NCBI RefSeq assembly: GCF_000039765.1 | Contig: NC_004460.2 | Coordinates: 120,001-152,000, forward strand | Origin: Vibrio vulnificus CMCP6 | GTDB taxonomy: Bacteria > Pseudomonadota > Gammaproteobacteria > Enterobacterales > Vibrionaceae | Length of the DNA stretch: 32,000 nucleotides | Direction of reading: 5' to 3' | Shown here: piece after piece, positions 8,112 to 16,339 of the stretch | How the letters are laid out: each line of letters opens with the position of its first letter | How positions within the stretch are numbered: the first letter of the stretch is position 1 | Made by a program: the position numbers and the translations under genes | Notes under the pieces: model-generated | What the model was told of the DNA's origin: nothing | The model's input: the letters and a program-made list of their open reading frames with translations, nothing else | Database searches by the model: none

Positions 8112-10466
8112 CTATCGGTTCTCAAAACGATTATAGTCAAGCAATCCAAATTCGATAGGTTGATCGTTGCGATACCAAGTATGAACTTTGTCGCTAAACG
8201 ACCAGAAATTGGTTGAGCTACGACGAATCGCAAACTTATCCAATAACTTAACGTAGTCTTGCTCAGATTCCATTGAAGTAATGATTTGAACGAATTCGGC
8301 TACTTGGTTTTCGTTCAACGAGAAGAACGCCGCAGGGTAGCTTCCGACAACGCCGCGCACTATGGTGAGGTCGTCATTCGCTGGGTCACGATTTTTCTCT
8401 TCGTTAAACAAACTTGAGATGTTCAAATGTGCATTGTTGTGCAGCAGTGTATAAAGCTGCTCTTTTCCAGAGTCTGCTTTGACCATCAACATAGTAATTT
8501 GCGGGATAGGCAACAGCTTTTCACCTTTTACCAAATTCAATGACTTCAGCAATGCTTCGTTTTTCAGGCTCATGCCAGTATCGACAATCTCATAGCGCGA
8601 ATTCAGGATTGGGCTTACTTGACGGCGTAATATGTCAAACAGCTCAGACTTGGGATCATCGGTTTTATATACAACGCTAGTCGGTTGGCTAAAGGGCACC
8701 ACATTGCGCTGCAAGAAATCGCTCAGTTGGCGGTTTTGCTGTTGATACCAGCTGGATTGCTCTTGGTGGCGCATATCTGCGGGCAACAAGGCGATGAAGT
8801 TACTTTCACCTTCTAAACGAAGAAAATCCATAAACATGCGAGTGATCAACTGATGGCCAAAGTTGCCATACACATCAAAACCCGCCACTAACAAGTAGTG
8901 GATGCGTTCTAGCAAGGCGTAGTCGAGAACCCAGGCCGTTTTGGGCTTCTCACCCACCAATCCCTGTACCACTGAGGCACTATCAAAGTGACGGAACACG
9001 GTTAACGCGGCATTGGGGTTAGTGCCATTGCCATCCCATATGATGTCGGTGGTGAGATGCGTACCATTTTTAAACCAATGGTTAATGAACTCCGATTTCG
9101 CTTCTAAATAGCGAGCTTGTTGGGCGGAATATTTGACCCAATTGGTGACTGGTAGGGTGTTACTTTCGAGTTCGCCCGGTAGTTTTAGATTATCGGCTTG
9201 TGAGCGATAAAACTCATTAACTGCAGGAAGATCCGCTTTGTCAGGATCGAGGAAGAAAACCCAGAAACGATCGTTAATCACATTCAGCGCCAACTGGCCG
9301 CGGCACACTGGTCCCTTTATGTAAGCCATAATGGTGTTTTGTGCGTTATCTAGCATGAATTTAAAGCGTGCTTTCACTGGGAGGTCAATAAAAGCGCTCA
9401 TTGGGTTGGCGGCAATCTCAGGATCGTAACTTGGCAACTGCTCGACGACGTAATCTGCGTCAATAAACCACGCTTTCCAATCCTTCATTCGCTGGCTATT
9501 GAGAGCAAAAGGCATGTGTGTCTTATCAACAATCGTGCCTTGCTCGGGAATGATTCGATAGTAAACACGTTCTACACCCGGATCATCGTAGGGGCGACGA
9601 GTAACAATGCGCTGTACGGGTTCGCCTGGTGGGGTGGACGAACGAACCATAGTAAAGAAGCGAGGTTCCCCCTCTAACTCAGAGAAATAGAGATGCGATA
9701 AAAAAAGATGCTCGTAGATATAACGTGCAGCAAGCTGGTTTTTGCGTGAACTCTTATTGAACATTTGTTCGTATCGCGTGATCTCTGCTGCCTGCTCACG
9801 AGTGAGCGGGAGGTGATCGTTCATGATCGCGCCATTTTCTAACCAAGCCATGAGTGTTTGGTGTTCTTTGGCCGAAAGATTTGGCATACCAAAGGGCATT
9901 CCCCAGCTTGGATTGGTACGCTCGTACTGATCAAATTCTTCAATCGTCGGACAGGTTTGTTCGCGATCAATCGAAAAATCAAATCCTTCAAGTTGGTCCT
10001 GTTGAGGAAGGGGATGACGCTCCTTCTGTTGCAGCAATCTCGCAATCAAGCCGGCATCAATGTTGGCAACACCGGTTTGGGCACGCTCGTTGAGCACAGG
10101 ATGAAAGCCCGCATCACGCCACTCTTGGGTGGTTTGTGCATCTTCAAATAAGCGTGTGGGTGCTGTGGCTGTGAGACGAGTCCCTTGATAAACAAGCGTC
10201 TTGCTTGCGCCACGGTCAATACCTTCTACAGAAGAGAGTTTGAGTTGACATGGCGCGTCGTAGAGCGTGTGACAAACCACACATCGGTTTTCGATGATGG
10301 GCTTGACATCGTGCATAAAAAACGCACTTTGAGCCGATTGAATGTGCGCGGTCCGGTCGCGGACTTCGGCCTCGCCAAACAGCTGATCATAGTTGAGCCC
10401 AGCATAGGTGGCACAACCTGCAAAAAGTGTGACTACTGCTAGTATTAGAAATGTTCTAAATTTCAT
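8112..10466 (-). CDS. cti: Fatty acid cis/trans isomerase, haem-binding motif present, probable lipoprotein/periplasmic
   Basis: 784 aa; signal/lipobox LILAVVTLFAGC; single c-haem motif CVVCH; YEQMFNKSSRKNQLAARYIYEHLFLSHLYF, WVLDYALLERIHYLLVAGFDVYGNFGHQLITRMFMDFLRLEGE consistent with the CTI family. Confidence 0.92.
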   Translation of the reverse strand: MKFRTFLILAVVTLFAGCATYAGLNYDQLFGEAEVRDRTAHIQSAQSAFFMHDVKPIIENRCVVCHTLYDAPCQLKLSSVEGIDRGASKTLVYQGTRLTATAPTRLFEDAQTTQEWRDAGFHPVLNERAQTGVANIDAGLIARLLQQKERHPLPQQDQLEGFDFSIDREQTCPTIEEFDQYERTNPSWGMPFGMPNLSAKEHQTLMAWLENGAIMNDHLPLTREQAAEITRYEQMFNKSSRKNQLAARYIYEHLFLSHLYFSELEGEPRFFTMVRSSTPPGEPVQRIVTRRPYDDPGVERVYYRIIPEQGTIVDKTHMPFALNSQRMKDWKAWFIDADYVVEQLPSYDPEIAANPMSAFIDLPVKARFKFMLDNAQNTIMAYIKGPVCRGQLALNVINDRFWVFFLDPDKADLPAVNEFYRSQADNLKLPGELESNTLPVTNWVKYSAQQARYLEAKSEFINHWFKNGTHLTTDIIWDGNGTNPNAALTVFRHFDSASVVQGLVGEKPKTAWVLDYALLERIHYLLVAGFDVYGNFGHQLITRMFMDFLRLEGESNFIALLPADMRHQEQSSWYQQQNRQLSDFLQRNVVPFSQPTSVVYKTDDPKSELFDILRRQVSPILNSRYEIVDTGMSLKNEALLKSLNLVKGEKLLPIPQITMLMVKADSGKEQLYTLLHNNAHLNISSLFNEEKNRDPANDDLTIVRGVVGSYPAAFFSLNENQVAEFVQIITSMESEQDYVKLLDKFAIRRSSTNFWSFSDKVHTWYRNDQPIEFGLLDYNRFENR

Positions 10467-10502
10467 TTGGTTAATCGTCTAAATAAGCCATAGTGTTTAT
10501 TA

Positions 10503-10566
10503 TACTCAAATAACGGTGAGATGCTTGGCCGCCCGACAAGTTTAAGATATCGACGTTATTTGGGTA
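10503..10566. repeat. Short element bounded by 13-bp near-perfect terminal inverted repeats (MITE-like or remnant)
   Basis: TACTCAAATAACG ... CGTTATTTGGGTA; arms differ at one position; 38-bp interior. Confidence 0.35.
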
Positions 10567-11131
10567 GAAGGTGCAGAAGAATAGCGCTTTCAATAATAAA
10601 ACACCATGCAAAATCAAGATTGTGATTGCCCTCTAGCTGAGCATTGCTTAAGGCTGAGATGGCAGATAGGTTTTTTTGATTAGCTCACGCTTCTGACTTA
10701 TTGGGCTATCTCGCTACACGTTTTGTGTTAAATGTTTTATAGAGAGATATTGGAGTGGTTTCACTTGAAAACACAGTTTTTGCTAATGATGCTGATTTTT
10801 TGACCGGCAAACGATGCTCGGTTATTCAATAGTTTTCGTAATGTAACTGGTTGTTTCTTGATGCCATTACTGTCAGCAGGAGCAAAATTGAGCGATAAAA
10901 TTATGTAATTAGCTCAAAAGTGTGATTTGGTTTAGACTTTGAAAACAATATTCTCAACAGGATTGATATACAATGATTTTTCAGGAGATCGTTTCTAATA
11001 ATTAGCAGAGCTCTTGAGCTTCTTCTCAAGTACGGATTTGTCGCGGTACTAGAAGGAAGGTTTGTTTAGATTAACGAGATGCTTATCTCGTTTTGCACGT
11101 ACAGAATGTAACGTTATTTGAGCAGGGAACT

Positions 11132-12229
11132 ATGAACATACGTCCAATCCCAGCGCTTTTGCTTGCGCTAAGTTTTCCATGGGCATCTTCTGTGTTGGCA
11201 GAAGAGGTGAATCAGGCCGATCCAGTTGCCGCCGTTGATGAAAAAATCGATGCAAAACAACAAGAGATCAAAGCAGTAGAAGAGCAATACAGCGAAGAAA
11301 GCGGTCAACTGAAAGGGTTGAAAGGCGACAACGCTCGTTTGCAGCGAGAAGCCGAAGAGCTGGAAGCGAAACGTAACCGAGCGAAATCTGCTCTTGATAA
11401 GCAGTATGCTCGTTTACTGGAAGACCCAGATACTGACCTTGTTTCTTTCCAGAAAAAATACCAAGAGTCTTGGGAAGCGTTGAAACAGAATCAAAACGAA
11501 AAGCTCAAGAGTGATCAAAGTATCGTAGAAAGCGAATCTCGTTTATCTCAGCTAAAACAGAAGCTGGCACGCTTAAACAGTGAATACACGAATTTACAAG
11601 AGTCTCACGTTGAAGCGCGTGTAAAACGTTTGGAAGCTGAGCTTCGCGAAAGCGCGGTACTAGAAACACGTTACACGACGACTTGTTCATCAACGATGAC
11701 GATTGGCGAGTGTATTAGCCAAGGCAAATATCTCACCAAGCAAAAAGCCGTAAACACTTTTAAAGATAAACTTTTGTCAGGCTTGACGGAATCGGTGTTG
11801 GCGAAGCAAAACTTGCAAGGTGTTCAGTTAAATATCCACGTTCAAGAGAGTCAAACGATTGAAAGTGGCTTCTCAGGCAATGGTGCGTATAGCACGAGTA
11901 TTCAGGCTCAGCTTCAAGCAAAACCAGAAGCAACGGCAGCATGTAAACTACTTTCTGTATCAAGCCGCTACTGTTTATCAGCGAGCAGTAACTCATCAAA
12001 GCAAGAGAAAAAAGATTGGGTCACAGTAACGGTAAGATCGGATCAGTACAATGATGCGGTGACGATCAATGGCGTTAGCTACGGAAGTACGCCAGTCGAA
12101 TTGCTCTTGCCTAAAGGCAAGCATCGTTTTACGGTGTCGAAACCGGGCTACGAAACGTATAATCGTGAGATTTATGTCGGCTCGACCGATACCGTTTGGG
12201 TCAAGTTGGTTGAAGATAAGCAGGGGTAA
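11132..12229 (+). CDS. Secreted coiled-coil protein with C-terminal PEGA domain
   Basis: Start MNIRPIPALLLALSFPWASSVLAEE (signal peptide) at 11132. Long Gln/Glu/Lys-rich heptad region, Cys-containing module TTCSSTMTIGECISQGKYLTKQKAVNTFKDKLL, PEGA motif INGVSYGSTPVELLLPKGKHRFTVSKPGYETYNREI. Confidence 0.88.
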   Translation: MNIRPIPALLLALSFPWASSVLAEEVNQADPVAAVDEKIDAKQQEIKAVEEQYSEESGQLKGLKGDNARLQREAEELEAKRNRAKSALDKQYARLLEDPDTDLVSFQKKYQESWEALKQNQNEKLKSDQSIVESESRLSQLKQKLARLNSEYTNLQESHVEARVKRLEAELRESAVLETRYTTTCSSTMTIGECISQGKYLTKQKAVNTFKDKLLSGLTESVLAKQNLQGVQLNIHVQESQTIESGFSGNGAYSTSIQAQLQAKPEATAACKLLSVSSRYCLSASSNSSKQEKKDWVTVTVRSDQYNDAVTINGVSYGSTPVELLLPKGKHRFTVSKPGYETYNREIYVGSTDTVWVKLVEDKQG

Positions 12230-12307
12230 CCCTGCTTTCGCATTTTTATTTAAACGCCATTTTTCGATAATTTGGCATGTTCCCTAAGTTTTAATGAAGT
12301 ATTTATC

Positions 12308-14119
12308 ATGCGTTTAGTTTTTTCTGCACTTACACTTGCCATGCTGCCTGTTGTTGCTGGAATTCCTGCGATGGCGGAAGAAGCAAGCCCTGTGGTGGTT
12401 GTTGATGACGCTTTGTTCACCCAAAACACGTTGCTTAGCGATACGGAAAAGAAGAAATCGGCTAAACAGAATCAGTTGAATAACCAAGCAGAGCAGCTTG
12501 AGCGATTGAAACAACAAGAGGCTGAACTTGTTACGCGACTCGATAAGGCGAAGCAACAGCTTGAGAAAGATTATCAACGTTTAAGTGATACGCCTGATTT
12601 TGATTTGATGCCCGCTCAGAGTGCCTATCAGTCCGCTTGGTCTAAGGTCAAGCAGAATCAAAGCGAGCAGCTCGAAGCGCGTCAAACGCATGAAACACTC
12701 GCAAGCGAATTGGCTGCGATTAACGCAGAAGAAACGGTGATTCGTGGCAAAATTGCACAGCTTCAAGAAGAACGTCAACGTGCTCGTATTGCGACCATGC
12801 GCAGTGAAATCAGCCAGAAAGGGGATCTCACCGTATCGTTCACCAATACTTGTCGTAGCGATATGACACTTGAACAATGTGCGAAACAAACAACGACCTT
12901 AGCGCTGCAAAAAGCGGTTCGTCAGTACCAAAGCGAACTGATCGACGGAACAACCGAAGCCAAATTGGCCAAACAGAATCAATCGCAAGCCGCTCTGAAT
13001 ATCCATGTATTGAAGCACCAGTCGTCGAAAGCTGAGTTTTCAGGTGAGAATCAATACACGCAAATTCTTAAGGTTTCTTTAAACACTCGACCTGCTGAAA
13101 ATGCGCCGTGCAAGCTGCTGAACATTGATTCGAAATACTGTTTTTCTCCAAGTCAGGTCGTCGACGGTGAAAAAGTGACCGAAACCGCTTGGCATACGCT
13201 GACCATTCGTTCCAATCAATATGGTGATACCGTTTTGATTGATGGGGTGAAGTATGGCTCAACCCCTGTTGAGATTATGCTGCCGATGGGCAATCACCAG
13301 ATCAGCATTGAGAAAGAAGGCTACAGTACCTTCCGTACCGATCTGATGGTTAGTCAAGACCAAACGCTGAGAGCAAATCTAGTGGCGAAACGCAATGTGG
13401 CCAAAACGGGTGAGACGTTTGCGGATAACTTAGGCTCGTTACCAGCACCTGAAATGGCGGTCGTGACAGAAGGCACTTATATGATAGGTGAGCGTGCGGG
13501 TAAGCAAGTTCGCTTGAATCGCGGATTTTCGATAAGTACAACGCCGATTACGGTTGCTCAGTTCCGTGCTTTTGTTGACCAAAGTAACTATCAGACAGAT
13601 GCTGAATTACACAAAATCTGTACTCGTATCGAACAAGCGACGATCACACCTATTGCCAACAAATACTGGCGTGATCCTGGTTTCAGCCAGCAAGAAAACT
13701 CTCCGGTTGTCTGTGTCAGTCAAAATGACGCGAACGCCTACGTTAACTGGCTATCCGACAAAACAGGCTACCATTACCGATTGCCTACCGAAGACGAATG
13801 GGAGATCGCAGCGAGAGCGGGATCGGAAGCCGATTATTGGTGGGGCGAGAAGTTTGGTTCGGGCCAAGCTAATACAGGGTGGGGGGGAACTCCTTGGTCA
13901 AATAACAGCACTTCTCCAGTGAAGTCATTTAGTGCCAATGGCTTTGGCCTCTATGATGTGGTTGGTAACGTCTGGGAGTGGACCGCAGACAGCAAAGGCT
14001 TGTTAAAAGGCGGTGCTTGGAGCTTCTCTCCTGAAAAAGCAAAAGCGGAATCGCAGTTGTTTATTTCTCCTGATTCTGCAGCAAACTTTGCAGGATTCCG
14101 AGTTGTCAGAGTACTGTAA
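12308..14119 (+). CDS. Secreted coiled-coil / PEGA protein with C-terminal FGE-sulfatase (SUMF1)-like domain
   Basis: Start MRLVFSALTLAMLPVVAGIPAMAEEAS at 12308; same N-terminal layout as the preceding gene; PEGA IDGVKYGSTPVEIMLPMGNHQISIEKEGYSTF; SUMF1-like GTYMIGERAG...YRLPTEDEWEIAARAGSEADYWWGE...NGFGLYDVVGNVWEWTADS...LLKGGAWSF...FAGFRVVRV. Confidence 0.9.
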   Translation: MRLVFSALTLAMLPVVAGIPAMAEEASPVVVVDDALFTQNTLLSDTEKKKSAKQNQLNNQAEQLERLKQQEAELVTRLDKAKQQLEKDYQRLSDTPDFDLMPAQSAYQSAWSKVKQNQSEQLEARQTHETLASELAAINAEETVIRGKIAQLQEERQRARIATMRSEISQKGDLTVSFTNTCRSDMTLEQCAKQTTTLALQKAVRQYQSELIDGTTEAKLAKQNQSQAALNIHVLKHQSSKAEFSGENQYTQILKVSLNTRPAENAPCKLLNIDSKYCFSPSQVVDGEKVTETAWHTLTIRSNQYGDTVLIDGVKYGSTPVEIMLPMGNHQISIEKEGYSTFRTDLMVSQDQTLRANLVAKRNVAKTGETFADNLGSLPAPEMAVVTEGTYMIGERAGKQVRLNRGFSISTTPITVAQFRAFVDQSNYQTDAELHKICTRIEQATITPIANKYWRDPGFSQQENSPVVCVSQNDANAYVNWLSDKTGYHYRLPTEDEWEIAARAGSEADYWWGEKFGSGQANTGWGGTPWSNNSTSPVKSFSANGFGLYDVVGNVWEWTADSKGLLKGGAWSFSPEKAKAESQLFISPDSAANFAGFRVVRVL

Positions 14120-14137
14120 GCATCAGTAAGTAATGCG

Positions 14138-14168
14138 AATGGCGAGCCAATCGGCTCGCCATTTTATT
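14138..14168 (+). terminator. Rho-independent terminator after the PEGA/SUMF1-like gene
   Basis: 11-bp stem AATGGCGAGCC/GGCTCGCCATT, loop AATC, then TTATT(T). Confidence 0.85.
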
Positions 14169-14271
14169 TATCAATATGGTTATTTTTAAATACAGTTATT
14201 TTCAAAATAGGGGAGTTAGCATAAGCAAATGAGCGTGACCTTATGCTACTTACTTGGTAGGCATAGCCACT

Positions 14272-14414
14272 TATCCCCTTCCTACTAGAAGCTGCTACGG
14301 TGTTGGCTGCATTCGTTCACTGCTCGCCAACCCGGCCTAATCACATAGCGTATCTATGCTCATGAGGACTCACTCATTTGCCGCCGACCTGCAACGCCAA
14401 GTTGTTTGGGTATA
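14272..14414 (-). repeat. ERIC/IRU-like intergenic palindromic repeat (about 143 bp, longer than the canonical ~127 bp)
   Basis: Reverse strand reads TATACCCAAACAACTTGGCGTTGCAGGTCGGCGGCAAATGAGTGAGTCCTCATGAGCATAGATACGCTATGTGATTAGG...GAGCAGTGAACGAATGCAGCCAACACCGTAGCAGCTTCTAGTAGGAAGGGGATA. It shares the GTTGCAGG.GGCGGCAA, GTGATT and GAACG.A.GCAGCCAACAC signature of ERIC as I recall the consensus. Confidence 0.75.
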
Positions 14415-14435
14415 GCGATAGCAATGTCGACATGT

Positions 14436-14993
14436 TTATTCAGATTGTTGCGGCAGTTTGTGCGCGATTCCCGCATGACAATCAATACACGATTTCTCTC
14501 TTTCCTCCATGGTTTGATGCCGACGAGCAACCGTTCGATCTTGCGCAGTGAAATCCATCATCTCAACACTATGACAGTAGCGGCACTGCTGTGATTTGTT
14601 TGCCACAAATTCGTTGGTTACTTTTTCAAACAGTCTAGGTCGGTGCTCTGTCTCAAAGTTGTCCAGAGTGATGTCGCCCGACAACTTGTGAAAGATATCC
14701 GCAGTCGCCATGATTTTTAACTTGAGCTTAGGCAGCAATTCACGAGGGACATGGCAATCACTGCACGTTGCCGCAATCACACCTTTGGCGTTCTTGAAAT
14801 GAACGGACTCTTGGTATTCTTCGACAATAGTATCCATCCCAATATGGCAGCCAAAACAAAACGCATTGCTGTTGGTGAACGTCATACCCCAATGAAAGCC
14901 GCTCATGGCTATGGCACCAATAACAAAAGCCAAAACGCCTCCAAGTGGAACGCCTAACCACCATTTGTTGCGAGGTTTATCCCATAAGCTCAT
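14436..14993 (-). CDS. Tetrahaem NapC/NirT-family quinol dehydrogenase, CymA-like by context
   Basis: 185 aa; single N-terminal TM anchor WWLGVPLGGVLAFVIGAIAMSGF; four CxxCH motifs (CFGCH, CSDCH, CRYCH, CIDCH). Confidence 0.9.
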   Translation of the reverse strand: MSLWDKPRNKWWLGVPLGGVLAFVIGAIAMSGFHWGMTFTNSNAFCFGCHIGMDTIVEEYQESVHFKNAKGVIAATCSDCHVPRELLPKLKLKIMATADIFHKLSGDITLDNFETEHRPRLFEKVTNEFVANKSQQCRYCHSVEMMDFTAQDRTVARRHQTMEEREKSCIDCHAGIAHKLPQQSE

Positions 14994-15019
14994 AAGACCA
15001 CTCCCTGATATAAACGTAT

Positions 15020-15643
15020 TTATTGGAAGCTTGCATAATATTCAACAAGTGCTTGTCGCTCTTCTTGAGATAAGGCTTTAATCGCTTTATCCATTTTCTT
15101 ATCTGCTGAACGTTTGCCTTGATGAAATTGCGTTAAGGTGGTTATCAAATAGCCTTTTTGTTGGCCAGCCAAAATGGACGCTTCATCAAGAGGATCGCTT
15201 CCACCATCGGCATGACAGCTTTCGCAACTTTTTAGGTGAATGGCTTTACCTTGGTTTGCCAGTGCTTGATCAAAAGGTTGCTTTGCGCGAACAAACTCCA
15301 TATCAGCGTAGTAGGCCGCCAGTTGTTCTATTTCCTCTTCTGTTAAAGAACGAACGATGGTTGCCATGTCTCCGGATTGACTGATATCTCCCGACACGTG
15401 TTGGACGGTATTGGCGGGGCGACCTTCTAGGTAACGTAGCATTTGGTCGCTGAGATTGAACTCAGGAATGCCCGCAATGGTGGGGATATCAGTGTGCCCA
15501 CTCACGCCATTTGCCCCATGGCATGCATCGCATTGTTTCTCGCTAACGAGGGCTTGCGTGCTAGCGAAAGCTGATCCAATTGAAGCGATAACCAGAGCAA
15601 TGGTACAGAAGATGTTGTTTAAAGTAGATTTTTTATCAAGCAT
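15020..15643 (-). CDS. Periplasmic dihaem cytochrome c4 family protein, candidate PdsA-type electron shuttle
   Basis: 207 aa; signal peptide ending GSAFAS; two class I cytochrome domains with CDACH and CESCH; 26 bp upstream of the tetrahaem cytochrome gene on the same strand. Confidence 0.85.
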   Translation of the reverse strand: MLDKKSTLNNIFCTIALVIASIGSAFASTQALVSEKQCDACHGANGVSGHTDIPTIAGIPEFNLSDQMLRYLEGRPANTVQHVSGDISQSGDMATIVRSLTEEEIEQLAAYYADMEFVRAKQPFDQALANQGKAIHLKSCESCHADGGSDPLDEASILAGQQKGYLITTLTQFHQGKRSADKKMDKAIKALSQEERQALVEYYASFQ

Positions 15644-16339
15644 AGCGTGACGTTCCTATAATTAAATAGTGCAGTGATACTTTCTAAAGTTAGTTGGCTT
15701 TCTAATTTGATAGTAATACATTATTTGAAATCTGCTCGATCTCTTTGATATTTTTGTTTGTTGTGCTAAGGAATTGAATTCGTGATTCGTTTGGATTCGT
15801 TATTGAGCTATTTTGGTATGGAATATTATTGGGTGTATAGCTTTATTTAATCTCGTTAATATCTAAATTATGACGGTGGTTTGGATGATCTAAATCAATT
15901 AAATGTCGTTTTTTCTCTATTCCATTTCTATGGAAATAGAAAAGATGCTTGAATTAAATGAGACTTGATATCACTTGTTGATTATGTGATTCTATTTATC
16001 TAATTGATTTAATTGCATTTTAGTTTTGTAGTTTAATTCTTAAATATTTCAAGTTCAAATGTGTGCCTTATGTCTCAAAAGTGAAATGCTATTATGTAAG
16101 TCATGTTGAATTTCTTGTCTGATAGTTGGAAAGTAATTGATAAATATAAAAATACAGATGTATTCACTCCGATAAAATATAATTTATTACGAGTTGTTTT
16201 GACTGAATCCTTCCTTTTTATGAGCTCATTACGATGGGGTGTTTTGACGGGAAATCTGGAAAAACTCCACTACAATTACGTAAAGTATAAAGCAACAACT
16301 CCAACATACAGAAGATTAATAGGAATAAGGGATAATCCT

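Noticed and set aside
13554-13922. 122-aa plus-strand ORF
   Set aside because: Out-of-frame overlap of the SUMF1-like domain, which is clearly the coding frame.
12308-14119. Diversity-generating-retroelement target (a C-type-lectin/FGE-like fold can be a variable protein)
   Set aside because: No reverse transcriptase, template repeat or variable repeat visible in the window.
14172-14435. Possible attC site, integron cassette or structured ncRNA between the SUMF1-like gene and the tetrahaem cytochrome gene
   Set aside because: The palindromic sequence matches the ERIC/IRU signature better; no integrase and no paired attC core sites.
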